Shown: piece by piece, positions 38,241 to 51,157 of the stretch
Numbering within the stretch: the first letter of the stretch is position 1
How the letters are laid out: every line of letters starts with the position of its first letter
Assembly (NCBI RefSeq): GCF_036321535.1
Contig: NC_087447.1
Location: 12,586,001-12,650,000, forward strand
DNA length: 64,000 nt
Direction of reading: 5' to 3'
Source of the DNA: Camelus dromedarius
Lineage: Eukaryota
Program-made: the position numbers and the translations under genes
The notes under the pieces: model-generated
What the model was told of the DNA's origin: nothing
The model's database searches: none
Seen by the model: only the letters and a program-made list of their open reading frames with translations

Positions 38241-38836
38241 ATTAGTCATTGTTAAAATCTATTTTATGCTCTAGAAATAAATATTTTAATGAACAAAGAT
38301 GAAACTATGGCCTGAAACATATTCTGATGAATTATATAATATCTTAATTTAAATTCTGCTATTCTTCTAATGATTGTCTTCTCCCCAACCAGGGTGTCTT
38401 TAAATATTTTATTTTTCCCCTAACCTCTCCCTGCTTGAATATTTACTGTCACTGATACGTGTGGTGTTGAGTGCCACAGGCACATTGTTTATGTGCGGCA
38501 TGCTTATCTGTTTTTACACAAAGAGCACGGATTTACTTTTGTGCCCCATGAACACACTCGTGCCCCCAATAATTGGCTATATTTTACAAAGCCACGGATA
38601 TCCTGAGCTGAGTCTTAAGCTTTGGTGATATGCGGGCCACTTGATATAGACAAGAGCAGGGGAAATGGACATGCATTGTAGGGTGAGGGATCGTCTTGAA
38701 AATGATCTTTAGTTTAGAAGGGCTGGTAGACAGATTCCAGTTCTATAAGGATCCATGTCATTTATCAGTGCCACCTCCTTGAGTCCACGTAGCTGTGAAA
38801 ACTTGTGACTGATGCTTTGATACCACATCAAAAGGT

Positions 38837-39003
38837 GTACTGATAGCACAGGGAACTATAATCAATACCTTGTAATAGCCTATAGGGAAAAACAATACGA
38901 AAAAAGAATGTAAATAAATATATATGTGTAACGGGATCACTATGCTGTACACCAGAAATTAACACACTGTAAACTGACTATACTTCAATAAAAAAAATAA
39001 TTA
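38837..39003 (+). mobile_element. 5'-truncated L1 3' end
   Basis: TAGCACAGGGAACTATAATCAATACC...CTATACTTCAATAAAAA. TSD AAAAGGT (38830, 39004). Confidence 0.82.
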
Positions 39004-39368
39004 AAAAGGTATAATAGGAAACAAAGGATCCTAATTTCAAGGAAAAGCAATGTTTAAGGGAAGTATAAGTAAACAATTTATGAAAACTAAATCAGGAAAG
39101 AATAAAAGCTTTCCAAGTATGAAAAGACTTTCAAAACAGGATTTGGAAATGTGACTGCCTATACACAAAGGATCTCTATATTACTTTAGATACTTAAAAC
39201 ATCAATCTCATGCTTGCTATGCTATCTCCTTGTGTTACGTGCATTTACAGGTTGGAGAGAGGAGGAGTAATTATCCGACGACATGATGTGGGTAATGGAA
39301 AAGTGACCGAAGACAAATGCATTTTTATTTCCTTTACTTTAGACCTCGTTTGAAGCTGAGCAAACACA

Positions 39369-40307
39369 ATGCTAAGGACAAACTACACAGCGGTGACTGA
39401 GTTTATTCTCCTGGGACTGACAGATCGGGCGGAGCTGCAGCCTGTCCTGTTTGCGGTGTTCCTAGTCGTCTACCTCATCACGGTAATCGGCAACGTGAGC
39501 CTGATTTTCTTAATCAGAACTGACTCGAAACTTCACACTCCGATGTACTTCTTCGTCAGTCACCTCTCCTTTGTAGATCTCTGTTACGCCACCAACGTCA
39601 CTCCTCAGATGCTGGTTAATCTCTTGTCCAAGAGAAGAACCATTTCCTTGCTTGGTTGCTTTATACAGTTCCACTTTTTCATTGCCCTGGTGATCACAGA
39701 TTATTACATGCTCGCAGTGATGGCTTATGACCGCTACATGGCCATCTGCAAACCCTTGTCATATGGCAGCAAGATGTCCCGACGTGTCTGCCTCTCTCTT
39801 GTTGTTACCCCTTATATTTATGGGTTTGCAAATGGTCTGGCACAGACCATCCTGCTGCTCCGCCTCTCCTTCTGTGGACCCAATGCAATCAACCACTTTT
39901 ACTGTGCAGACCCACCTCTCATGGTCCTGGCCTGCTCAGACACTTACGTCAAAGAGACCGCCATGTTCGTGGTGGCTGGTGCCAACCTCACCTGTTCTCT
40001 CACCATCATCCTCATCGCCTACATCTTCATCTTCTCAGCCATCCTGCGCATCCGCTCAGCAGAGGGGAGGCACAAGGCCTTCTCCACCTGTGGGTCCCAT
40101 CTGACCGCTGTCACTATCTTTTATGGGACACTGTTCTGCATGCATCTAAGGCCCCCTTCCGAGGCATCTGTAGAACAGGGGAAAATTGTAGCTGTATTTT
40201 ATACTTTTGTGAGTCCCATGTTAAATCCTTTGATCTATAGCTTTCGAAACAAAGATGTTAAAAGCGCAGTAAGGAAAGTGATTCAAAAGAAATTGTTTGC
40301 CAAATAG
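39369..40307 (+). CDS. Olfactory receptor OR5M subfamily, OR5M12-like (312 aa, intact)
   Basis: [37 protein letters not shown] and PMLNPLIYS present; N-glycosylation site [11 protein letters not shown] and MHLRPP resemble remembered mouse Or5m12; the symbol is tentative. Confidence 0.92.
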   Translation: MLRTNYTAVTEFILLGLTDRAELQPVLFAVFLVVYLITVIGNVSLIFLIRTDSKLHTPMYFFVSHLSFVDLCYATNVTPQMLVNLLSKRRTISLLGCFIQFHFFIALVITDYYMLAVMAYDRYMAICKPLSYGSKMSRRVCLSLVVTPYIYGFANGLAQTILLLRLSFCGPNAINHFYCADPPLMVLACSDTYVKETAMFVVAGANLTCSLTIILIAYIFIFSAILRIRSAEGRHKAFSTCGSHLTAVTIFYGTLFCMHLRPPSEASVEQGKIVAVFYTFVSPMLNPLIYSFRNKDVKSAVRKVIQKKLFAK

Positions 40308-42689
40308 AGTAGGCATTTGGTCACAGGTGTGTTAACATATCAATGTTTTCTAACCAATTGGTGAGCATTTTAAGTTAACAAATCACTATCATTGAGTATT
40401 GTTTTGCCTTTTGTAATTCACCTATGAGACTTGGAAGAACGTGTCAAATTATTAGGTTATGTTCAGTTTTGTCTCGGTGTATAAAAAAAAATTCACATAG
40501 AAAGTCAAAGACAAGACCAGATAGCATTGTCATTGCTCTATGCAATCAATAAAGGGCAGATAACTCTACCCATAGTAGTCATACCACTACAAAGTTATAA
40601 AAGACAAAATTACCAGTCATGCTGTAGCAATGACAATTTGGTAGACTTTGAGGGGGCTTAATGATTTCCAAACTCTTTGAAACCACATTTCAACCATAGC
40701 AGGGCAGGGTTTTTTGATTGTTTGGTTGGGCTCTCCTTCTGTTCATAGTATATATCAATAAAGATCTTTGGGATCTCAGGTTATTACTCTAAGAACTATC
40801 ATTCTATGTTAGCACTGGCCCAACAGAATCCTCATTCATCAAGCTTTTTGATGGAAATGCCTGATTTAAGTTTTTTATTATTTCTTTTAATAAAACTGGT
40901 TTTATGGTTTCATTTTTTTTTTACTATGAACTATTACCAGCACACAGCCCAAAATAGAAAAATCCCATAAAGACCACTCTTTCAAGCATATCTAATCACT
41001 GTCAAGTCTTCACACAAGGCTACTTTTGTTCCAGCTACTGTGCACCTCTCCGGTCATGGGCCCCACCGCTCTCTTTGGCGTCTCCTCCTGAGGCACACAA
41101 GTTGGGGACATCTGTGGTGCCGAAAAATCTCTCAGAAAAAATGGGAGTTGAGCAGAGCAGGGGTCTAGCAGTCAATCTAGTTGCTTTTCCCGCTTTTTTC
41201 AGATCTTATCCCTCTGAGTATTTGTCTCATACATACAGCTGAGAGAGTTGTTTGTGTGCTCCCCGCAGAACTCAGGGTAAACAGTAATTTGACATTATGG
41301 AGAATACGACTGAGGCTTGCAATTTGCTTTCTGATCCCCAAGTGTTCCAATTAATCCTGAAAAAGGTGATTCCCAGTGCCACACTCATTCCTGCTGCTCC
41401 TCAGTCCTTCTGAGATTTGCTTTAAGGGCAGGTCCCTGCCTCCCATATCCTGCTAGAAATATGGTTGCCTTTGTGGGCTTAGAGAGGCATCAACGAACTC
41501 CCTCAATCAGAGTCTGAGAAAATAGGTGCCTGTCAGAGCCAGAAGTAAGTCTTTTTGTTTCTATTTTGTTTTCAGTCAAGAGGAGATTGTATTAAAGTCT
41601 CAAACTGATGCCCACAAATTTGTATCTTGTTTGCTCAAAATATATACATGGAATCCTTTCTGTTTTCAGTATCAGGTTAAACTGCAACTGATTTCCTGGA
41701 CAAAAAACTTATTGAAATTCTATTGATCTTTCTGGACAATAGTTTACAGACCTGCCACTAGAGCAAAAGAATCAAGAAAGACAAACATTCTGTTCACCCC
41801 ACACAAATATAAGGACATGTCTTCACACATAGGACAGAGCTGATCCTAATACTAGGCTTCTCATCCTTAGAGCACAGGCATCTAAGAGCCACTTACAGAA
41901 GCAGCTCACCTTTCCTCTGGCCTGACTCAGGCAGCCGGATCAGCTGAGTTTTTCCTTCTCTGTAAACACATACTCTTCATAGTCTTTTTTTTAACCTCTT
42001 TCCACTTGTCAGCACTACTGCTCTACTTCAGTTGGTGATGTCTGGATCCCACATAAGTTTCTAAGCTTGTGAGTCAAAGATATTTCAGATCCAACAGGCA
42101 ATCATTAAGTGACATGTAATAAATGAGATCTTCTGCAAATGAATCCTCAAGTCCAATTTCCTGCCATGTCTTTATAACTTTGAAATTCCTACATCCTGAT
42201 CATTGTTTTTCCATTATTTTCTGTCCTGGTAACCACCACCTCTTCTCTCTCTTTTGGTGCTGAATGATATGAGGAATCTCCTGAGCCGCCTTGCTGCTGT
42301 CATACAAATAGATAGACTTTTTTTCAGAGTATTTCTTGTTAACACTTCTTGCAGAGAAGCCGCAACTAACTGCCTAACTACCAACTCCTGTTCTCCAGTG
42401 GAGGTTGTGACATTTTGGCAGGAAACTGATAGGTAGAGATGAATCAGATTCTCAATGAAGTGAAACATCTGTGTTTTAGGAAACAGCTCACTTATGACCT
42501 TCTGTGCTGCTCTGCGTGAACTCTGTACACACACCCATGCATACAAGTTCCAAAGAAAGGTCACGTGTGGTGTCTTCATATCTTTTTGATATAAATTTCA
42601 TGTTATACGTATTTTACTATAATTTTTATTGAATGAAAGATTCTTTAAATTCTGTAGTGCTTTACAGTTTTCAAAAGTTTCACACATAA

Positions 42690-43135
42690 TTTTGTATAAT
42701 CCCATAATAACCCTTTTCCTCTACCCCATTTTGCCCCTCCCCCTTTCCCTCTCCCCACTGGTAACCACTAGTTTGTTCTCTATAAGTGTCTGCTTTTTTG
42801 TTTTATTCATTAGTTTGTTGTATTTTTTAGATTCTACCTATAAGTGATATCATACAGTATTTGTCTTTCTCTGTTTGACTGACTTCACTTAGTATAATGC
42901 TCTCCAAGTCCATCCATGTTGCCACAAATGGGAACATTTCATTCTTTTTTATGGCTGAGTAATATTCTATTTGCATATGCACTGCATCTTCTTTATTCAC
43001 TCACCTGCAGAGGGACACTTAGATTGTTTCCATACCTTGGCAACTGTAAACAGTGCTGCTATGAGCTTCGGGGTGCATGTATCTTTTCAAATTAGTGTTT
43101 TGGGTATTTTTCTGGATATATGCCCAGGAGTGGTG
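42690..43135 (-). mobile_element. L1 3'UTR fragment
   Basis: CCCACTGGTAACCACTAGTTTGTTCTC, GTCCATCCATGTTG, TTTTATGGCTGAGTAATATTC, ATATGCCCAGGAGTGG. Confidence 0.85.
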
Positions 43136-44014
43136 GTGATGGTTCAGTAATAGTTCTGCTCTTTATTCCTCCTAGAACACTCTTCTTAAAAGAGCTTTGT
43201 TGCTTGCTTTCCTTCTCCTTCAATTTGTTGCTAAAAGAGTCAACTTTTCATGAATTTTGTTAGTATTATTATTAAAATGTGAACTTCCTGTCTTCCAAAT
43301 TCCATTTGAAACACTATGGACTGACTTACAGCACAGCCTGTTCACTAGAATGTGGGTGCCACAAAGGCAGGGGTTGTTGAAGTTTCTGTTCATTTTGTAA
43401 CTGAAGTGCCTAATCACACAATATGCTGAGTACCAAGAAATACTTGTCTTATGAATATCTAGTCTGACGTCCACAAAGACATGAGAAGGAGGCAGGACAG
43501 ATATTATTATTTCCACTTGCAAATGAGAAAATGAAGTGAATCTTGGTTAAGGATCACTGTCTGTTTTCAGTAACTATTATTAGCATATTCAGCAAATATT
43601 AACTAAGCACATAACATTCTTGGTAAAGGAGATATAGGTGCAAAAAAACTTGTCACTATCTTTCTAAAACTTACAATAAAGTAACGTAGAAATGAAGCAA
43701 GAATTGTGCAGGTTTTGAAAAATATTAACCAAGAGTGAACAGACAAAAATAAAAGCATCTGGGGAGAAAGGAGGAGGGAACTCAGGATGGTTAAGTGGTG
43801 AAGGCGAGCTAAAAATCCATCAGGATTGTAATACCACTGGATAAATACAATTGTGATTAATAACTTAAATACTAACCACGCCAAAGTTACTTCTTTTCTT
43901 TGTCAACACATTATGTCTTTACTGTAGACTGTTCTCAAAATACTGCGGGAGAATTCATTTGATTTGATAATTCTTTATTCATTTATTTGACATATATGAC
44001 TGTGCCTTTTTAAA

Positions 44015-44170
44015 GTGTGATTCTAGGAACATCTTCATTAGAGTCTCCTGGATAATTGTTAAATGTGAAGATTCCAGTATCCCACGTGACACTTTCTGAA
44101 ACCAACTTTCTGTCAATTTGCTTGATTAACAAGCTTTCTCAAATAAATGCTTTGTACACTAAAGTTAAAA
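44015..44170. mobile_element. MER5A-like hAT-Charlie MITE
   Basis: TTAGAGTCTCCTGGATAATTGTTAAATGTGAAGATTCC...TTAACAAGC...ACACTAAAGTT. Confidence 0.55.
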
Positions 44171-44574
44171 AAATCCTTAACTCTTCTAAGGATCTGACAT
44201 CACGAAAAGCTCTGTAGGGATACAGAGATGAGTGGAAGTTTGCAAATAATTCATTCTTTCATGCTCATACTATTTTTTTCTTTCCCTTTTTACAATTCAG
44301 TATATAAATATATGCTTAGAAGTCACAGTACAATAATGAACTGGACTTTGTCCCAGGCACTGAAGAACTCATATACGGGTAGAAAGGGGATACATTATGG
44401 GGATATAATGTGCTCAAAATAGAGTATGTAGGGCGTGCATGAAGCAAATAGTAGAGAGGGATTCATTCATACTCATGTACGACAGGGATGGGTTGAGACA
44501 TTCTCAGAAAGGACTGGCTTTTAAACTGAGCCTTACAGGGGAAAAACAGTGCAGGGAGGTAGGGGATATGCAGC

Positions 44575-44760
44575 TCTGGTGTACAGATAGGTAACAGCTG
44601 TAGGTATAATTATGGTTATCTACAGGTACAGCCATAGGTACAGCCTGCAGGTAAGAGAGAGAAATACAATAGTAGATCGGTATATAGACAGCTTAGATAA
44701 TGGCTTAGGTGTAAGTATACTTATCAGTAGGTACAGCCACTGGTACAGGTGAACCTAAGG
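44575..44760. repeat. Degenerate AGGTACAGC-type tandem array
   Basis: Exact AGGTACAGCC at 44624, 44636 and 44729, plus several degenerate copies. Confidence 0.6.
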
Positions 44761-44954
44761 TAAATATAATAGTGCAGTATATTGAGAACGGAAATAATGA
44801 CTCAGTAGAAGTACAGCATCGGGTTACGGCAGTATTTATTTGGGATAGTATCTGGAGGGGGAGAGGAATATCATTTCAATAGTCAGTAATGCGATTTGCA
44901 CCTTCACGTCTGCTTTCATTGCGTTTGTCCCAGGTGCAGGCACAGACTCAGAGA

Positions 44955-45874
44955 ATGCCCATCACCAATGGCAGTGCGATAACAGAATTCATTCTCCTGG
45001 GGCTCACGGATCGCCCAGAGCTCCAGCCTCTGCTCTTTGTGCTGTTTCTGGTCGTTTACCTTGTCACCCTCCTAGGCAACCTGGGCATGGTGCTGGTGAT
45101 CAGACTGGACCCTCGCCTGCACACGCCCATGTACTTTTTCCTCACTAACCTGGCCTTCGTGACTTGTGCTACACCTCGAACGCAACCCCGCAGATGCTGA
45201 CTAACCTGTTGTCAGAGAGGAAGACCATCACTTTTGCTGGCTGCTTTGCACAGTGTTACCTTTTCATAGCACTTCTCCTCACCGAGTTTTACATGCTGGC
45301 AGCAATGGCCTATGACCGCTACGTGGCCATATGCAGCCCTCTGCACTACAGTGTTAAGATGTCTAGGCGTGTCTGCCTTTGCTTGGCCACATTCCCTTAT
45401 GTCTATGGTTTCTCAGATGGGCTGTTCCAGGCCATCCAGACCTTCCGCTTGAACTTCTGTAGATCCAATGTCATCAACCACTTCTACTGTGCTGACCCGC
45501 CACTCATTAAGCTTTCTTGTTCTGACACTTATGTCAAAGAGCTTGCCATGCTCATATCAGCTGGCTTCAACCTCTCCAATTCCCTCACCATCATCCTGGT
45601 GTCTTATGCCTTCATCATTGCTGCCATTCTCAAGATCAAGTCAGCAGAGGGAAGGCACAAGGCATTCTCCACCTGTGGTTCCCACATGCTGGCTGTAACC
45701 CTATTTTATGGGACTCTCTTCTGCATGTATGTAAGACCACCAACAGAGAAGACTGTTGAGGAATCCAAAATAATAGCTGTCTTCTACACCTTCTTAAGTC
45801 CAGTTCTCAACCCACTGATCTACAGTCTGCGGAACAAAGACGTAAAACGAGCACTGAAGAGAGTCCTCAGATGA
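44955..45874 (+). pseudogene. OR5M11: OR5M11 with a single 1-bp frameshift (otherwise an intact 306-aa frame)
   Basis: [12 protein letters not shown]...YGFSDGLFQAI...KTVEESKII...ALKRVLR matches remembered human OR5M11. GTG GAC (VD) is read as GTGAC at 45159-45163. Acceptor AG at 44932-44933. Confidence 0.88.
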
Positions 45875-46049
45875 AATATGGTCACTAAGGTGGTAACACC
45901 TCCAATTTCCAATAAACCATAAATTCTAAATTCTTGGCTCAAATATCTTTGCATTTTATGATGAGTTTTCATATTCTTTATGGATATGCCTCAGATGTCC
46001 TCGGGTCTGAGAGAAAATGAGTTGCATTTATTAGTCTAGGCTCTTACCC

Positions 46050-48145
46050 CTCAATGCTTTGTCCATGGACCAGCATAAATGTGAGATCATGCAGTGTTTT
46101 TCTTTCCATTTGTCTGACTTATTTCACTTAACAGAATGACCTCAAGGATCTTTCATGTTGTAACCGATAGCAGTTTACTTTTATTTTTAGGCTGAATAAT
46201 GTTCCGATGTTGTGTGTGTGTGTGTATGATATCATCTTTATGTATTAATTTATTGATTGGCCCTTAGGTTGTGTCCATGTCTTGGCTGTGATGAATAATG
46301 TTGCAATGAACATGGAGCGAAAACTTCTTTTAGATCATGATTTTATTTCCTCTGGATATACTTCTAGTCCAGAAATGCATTTACTGAAGCATACGCTAGT
46401 TCTATTTTTGAATTTTAAAGACATCTCTGTATTGTTTTTCATAGTGACTATACCAATCTGCATTTCCGTCAGTAATGCGTTCCTTTTTCTCCACATTCTT
46501 TCCAGTACTAGTAATCACTTGTCTGTTTGATACCAGCCATTCTGACAATGTAAACATATATCTAACTGTGATTTTAATTTCCATTCATCTCTTTGAGTGA
46601 TTTTGAGCCCCTTTTCATCTACTTGTTGGCCGTTTGTATGTCTTCTTTTGGAAAAATATTTATTCAGGTCCTTTGCTTATTTTTTTAAAAATTAAATTTT
46701 TACTTTTTAAATTCAACTTCATGGGTTTCACTTTTAGTTTTGTGAATACATGTGATTGCTTCTTAATTATACATGGTTTACAAATATTTTGGTTAAAAAA
46801 ATATTTGCAAATATTTTCTCCCCAAACCATAGGTTTCCTTTTCATTTTGCTGATTGTTTCTCTTCTTGTGCAAAAGCTTTTAAGTTGAATGTAGTCTCAT
46901 GTGTCTAATTATGCTGTTGTTGCCTGTCTTTTGTTGTCATACACAAAACGCCATTGCCAAGACAAAAATTCAGAGTATTTGCACTATGTTTCCTTCTAGG
47001 TATTTCATCATTGCACATCTTATGTTTAAGTCCTTAATCCATTTCAGATTAATTTTGGGGAATGATGTATGTTAGGAGTTCAGTTTAATTCTCTTGCATG
47101 TGGTTGTCCAGTGTTCCCAACACCATTCATTGAAGACACTATCCTTTTCTCATTGAATATTTTTGGCTCCCTTTTCAAAAATTAATTGACCACATATGTA
47201 AGGGTTTATTTCTGGGCTTTCAGTTCATTGGTCAATGTGTACATTTTTAAATGTCTGTCCCATACTGTTCTCATTACTACAGCTTTGTAAAATAATTTGA
47301 AATCAGGGAACCAGGAAGTGTGATGCCTTTGGCTGTGTTCTTTCTCTGTATCCCTTTGACTATTCAGGGTCTTTTGTAGTTCCATATGAGTCTTGGGGTT
47401 GTTTATTCTGTTTCTGAAAAAAATGCCATTGGAGTTTTATAGGGATTGAATTAAATCTGTAGATGGCTTTGAGTAGTATGAACATTTTAACAATTTTAAC
47501 TATTCCAGTCCATGAACATGAGATATCTTTCCGTTTATGTCATCTTCAACTTTTTTCTTCAATGGCTTATTGTTTTCAGTATACAATCTGTTGACATCTT
47601 AAAATTTTTTTCTAAGTATTTTATTGTTTTTGCTGCTATTGTGAGGTTGTTTTCTTTATTTCTTTCTTAAATAGTTCATTGTTAGTATATAGAAATGTAA
47701 CTGATTTTTGCATATTGATTTTATATCCTGCAATAAAAAAGAAATTTTTTTTATTAGTCCTAATAGTTTTTGGGTGGACTCTTTAGGGTTTTATAAGATC
47801 ATATCTGCAAACAGAGACAATTTTATATTTTCCTTTCTGATATTGGATGCTCTTTTTTCTTTCCTAATTGCTCTAGGTCAGACTTCTAGTACTATGCTGA
47901 CTAGGAGTGGTGATACTGGGCACCTTTGTCTTACTTCTGATCTTAGAGGAAAAGTTTTCAACATTTTGCTACTAAGAATGATGTTAACTGTGGACTTGCC
48001 ATGGATGGTCCTTATACTGAGATATATTCTTTCTATACTCAATTTGTGGAGAGTTCTATGTTGAAAGAATGTTGAATTTTGTCAAGTGCTTTTTCTGCAT
48101 CTGTTGAGATGATCATATGGTTTTTATTTTTCATTCTATTAATTG
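46050..48145 (-). mobile_element. L1MA/MB-like 3'UTR and ORF2 fragment
   Basis: Continuous antisense L1 motifs: GAGATCATGCAGTG, TGTGCAAAAGCTTTTAAG, CCATACTG...ACTACAGCTTTGTA, GACTTCTAGTACTATG, CTGCATCTGTTGAGATGATCATATGG. Confidence 0.88.
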
Positions 48146-48299
48146 ATACATCCACTTCTTCACAAAAAAACCTGCTCCCTGTGGAGAAAGTGTATAATTA
48201 TAATAGGGCACAAATGAATTTGAATTTTCTTTTCTAAAATTTGATATGTGTCCTTTATGCAAGTGATTTAACTTCATTTGGTCCGTAATAATAAAAACA

Positions 48300-48677
48300 T
48301 TATAAGATTTTTTAAGCTTTATTTTATTAATATGTAGTTTTCTTGCAATAAAATGTATTCACTATAAGCACAGTTCAATGTGTTTTGACAAATGTGGGCG
48401 CCCATATGACTACCACCACAGTTGAGATACAAAACTTTTCATCACTCCCCACATTTCCTTTTTAGCCCTTTGTGGACAGTTTTTTCCTTGCATATCCAGC
48501 CCTTGTTAACCACAGATCTGCTTTCCTAACTATAATTCATATAAATGAAATCAAAATATGCATAGCCATTTTTATGTAGGTTCTTGTACTTAACAAAATG
48601 TTTTTGGGAATTATCCAGTTGTTGGTTGGGCCAGTAATTTGACATATTTTCTGTTATTGAATAAAATTACATTTTTT
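48300..48677 (-). mobile_element. Old L1ME/MC 3' end, host of a younger L1
   Basis: CACAGTTCAATGTGTTTTGACAAATGT...ACCACCACAGTTGAGATAC; resumes after 49348. Confidence 0.6.
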
Positions 48678-48791
48678 AAAAAAAAAATTGAAGTACATTG
48701 TTGTGTTAATTTCTGGTGTAACAGCATAGTGATTCAGTTATATATATATGTGTATGTGTGTTTGTATGTATATATACATACAAACACACAG

Positions 48792-48836
<45 letters not shown>

Positions 48837-49330
48837 CTCTTCATACTCTTTTTCATGATAGGCTATTACAAGGTGTTGATTATAGTTCCCTGTGCTCTAC
48901 AGTGGGACCTTGTTGTTTATCTATTTTATATATAGTAGTTGTGTCTGCAAATCCCAAACTCCCAATTTATCCATCCACCCCTCTTTAGCCCTTGGTAACC
49001 ACAAGTTTGTTTTCTATGTGTGTAAGTCTGTTATGTTTTGTTAACAAGTGATTTGTCTCATTTTTTTTTTAGATTCCACGTATAAGTGATATAATATGAT
49101 ATTTTTCTTTCCTTTTCTGGCTTACTTCATTTAGAATGATATATCTGCAAGTGCATCCATGTTGCTGCAAACTGCATTATTTTATCCTTTTTATGGCTGA
49201 GTAGTATTCCATTGTATACATATATCACATCTTCTTTATCCAGTCATCTGTCAATGGACATTCCACTTGCTTCTACATCTTGGTTATTGTAAATAGTGCT
49301 GCTATGGACAATGGGGTGTTTATATCTTTT
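48678..49330 (-). mobile_element. Younger L1 3' end nested in old L1
   Basis: TTGAAGTACATTG...GTTCCCTGTGCTCTACAG...TTTTATGGCTGAGTAGTATTCC. TSD GAATAAAATTACATTTTT vs GAATAGGATTACATTTTT. Confidence 0.82.
48794..48834. repeat. (TA)~20 microsatellite
   Basis: Read directly. Confidence 0.95.
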
Positions 49331-50014
49331 GAATAGGATTACATTTTTAAGATATACCATAATCATTTACCCACCCATCTGTTATCATAATCTGGGTTGT
49401 TTCATTAGGTATCAGACTGTCTAAAGTACCAGGCTAATGACAGTGTGATTTCAAGGGCCAAAGACAATTCTTCCTCCAAACTGACATAAACTCACACAGA
49501 ACAGATATGATTATGACAGTTGAAAATCATGACTTTCTACCCTCATAAATGAAAGATGCCTTGTTCTGTCTTCCTCACTTGATCAAGGCACTGTGGATAT
49601 GAAGCTATCACCTATGAGTTACATTGCTAGACTTTTGTGAGTAGAAGTAATCATTTTCTCCATTGTGTTCCTGTTCTACTTTGTAACTAAAATGTTTAGT
49701 GCATCTCACACTATATTCAATATTGTGGCCAAAAAATCAAATAAATTGTGAAGTTGGTATGAGGGTTAGAAGATCATAATAAGTAGTTTAACAGCTCTTG
49801 ACAAACCATAGTGCATTTACCTTTTAATGGAAGAAGCTGCTGCTCAGCTTTAGTCATGTTATTTCCATGCCAGAATGCAAGCCATGGGGAGTCAGATTAG
49901 TTCGATTTAAAAAAAAAAAATTCATAATACTGTAATTCACATAAAATTTGTCAGTTTGAAAACATCATGTGAACAAAAACAAAACACATTTGTGGGTGAA
50001 ATCTTGCTCTATTT

Positions 50015-50475
50015 TTTTCAATAAATTTCCTTAATAAATATTTATGTGGCACTTAGCATGTTTCCATTACTGTACTGAACGCTGTGTATATAGTGAACAT
50101 GAAATCACAGTTTCCTATCCTCTTGGAATTAGTAGTCTGGAAAAGAAAACAAATCTTACCAAAAAAAAAAAAAAAGCACTATATTTACAGTTAAGATTGT
50201 AAGGAATGTCATAAAGAAACAACAAGGTAAGATAAGCTGGAATAATTGTGGTGGTGAGCAGGTTTCATTTGGGTAGAGAAATTGACCTTTAAGTTGTTTA
50301 AATGATGGGTAGGCAAGAGGTTGAGGAAGTCAGGGAGAAACAGTATTCAAGGCAGTGACAAGAGCTGTGGGAATGGCCTGAGTCTGAAAGAGGTTCTCAC
50401 AAGACCAGTAATGGCTAAGCAGACTGACGAGGGTGAGAAAAAAAATCTAGAGGTAGGTCATGGTAAAAGCTTTGA
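50015..50475 (-). mobile_element. L2 3' fragment
   Basis: AATAAATATTTATGTGGCAC..., AAATTGACCTTTAAGTTG, GTATTCAAGGCAG...GGCCTGAG. Confidence 0.55.
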
Positions 50476-50571
50476 TTCAATACACCATGGAAGGATTCAC
50501 GTCTTTTGCCTTCACAATTACACTAATAACTATTTAAGAATATGATTATATCATTTTTATCTTTGTACCTC

Positions 50572-50645
50572 TTCGTAAATAGGAAGAAAATCGAATACTT
50601 CGTAAATAGGAAGAAAAATCGAATAGTTCGTAAATAGGAAGAAAA
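50572..50645. repeat. 27-28-bp tandem repeat x2.7 (TTCGTAAATAGGAAGAAAATCGAATA)
   Basis: Units start at 50572, 50599 and 50627. Confidence 0.92.
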
Positions 50646-51157
50646 GATAGACACACTGTTTTTACTTTTAGCCTGTGTATTTCACATGAGTTCAAGTAAA
50701 TAAAATACTGCTAAATTAGATGCTCACCAGGTTTTCCATAAAATATTACTTTCCAACACTTGGGCCCAACACCTTAAACTCACTCTACTACAATTCATTA
50801 TGATATCATGTCCAAATGATTTTACTCGCCGGGTTTTATCATTTAACCACTTTATTCTAGATATGAAAGTCTATTTAGCAAACATTTACTCAAAAGTAAT
50901 TTTGTAGAAGACATTGACAAAACATGATTCAGACTGGGATGATATCACAGAAACATCCTTGTCTATGAATTATGTAATCATTTTATATCTTTATTAATTA
51001 TTCTATTGATCTTATTAGAATAAGTGGTGATCCATGCATGATGCAGAAACTCCATGAGAATAAACTCCTGATCACCCAAAGTAGTCAGCTCAAAATGATT
51101 ACAAACTGATGAATCCCATTGTGCCAATCCCCAGACTCCAATGAGTATGACTCCACA

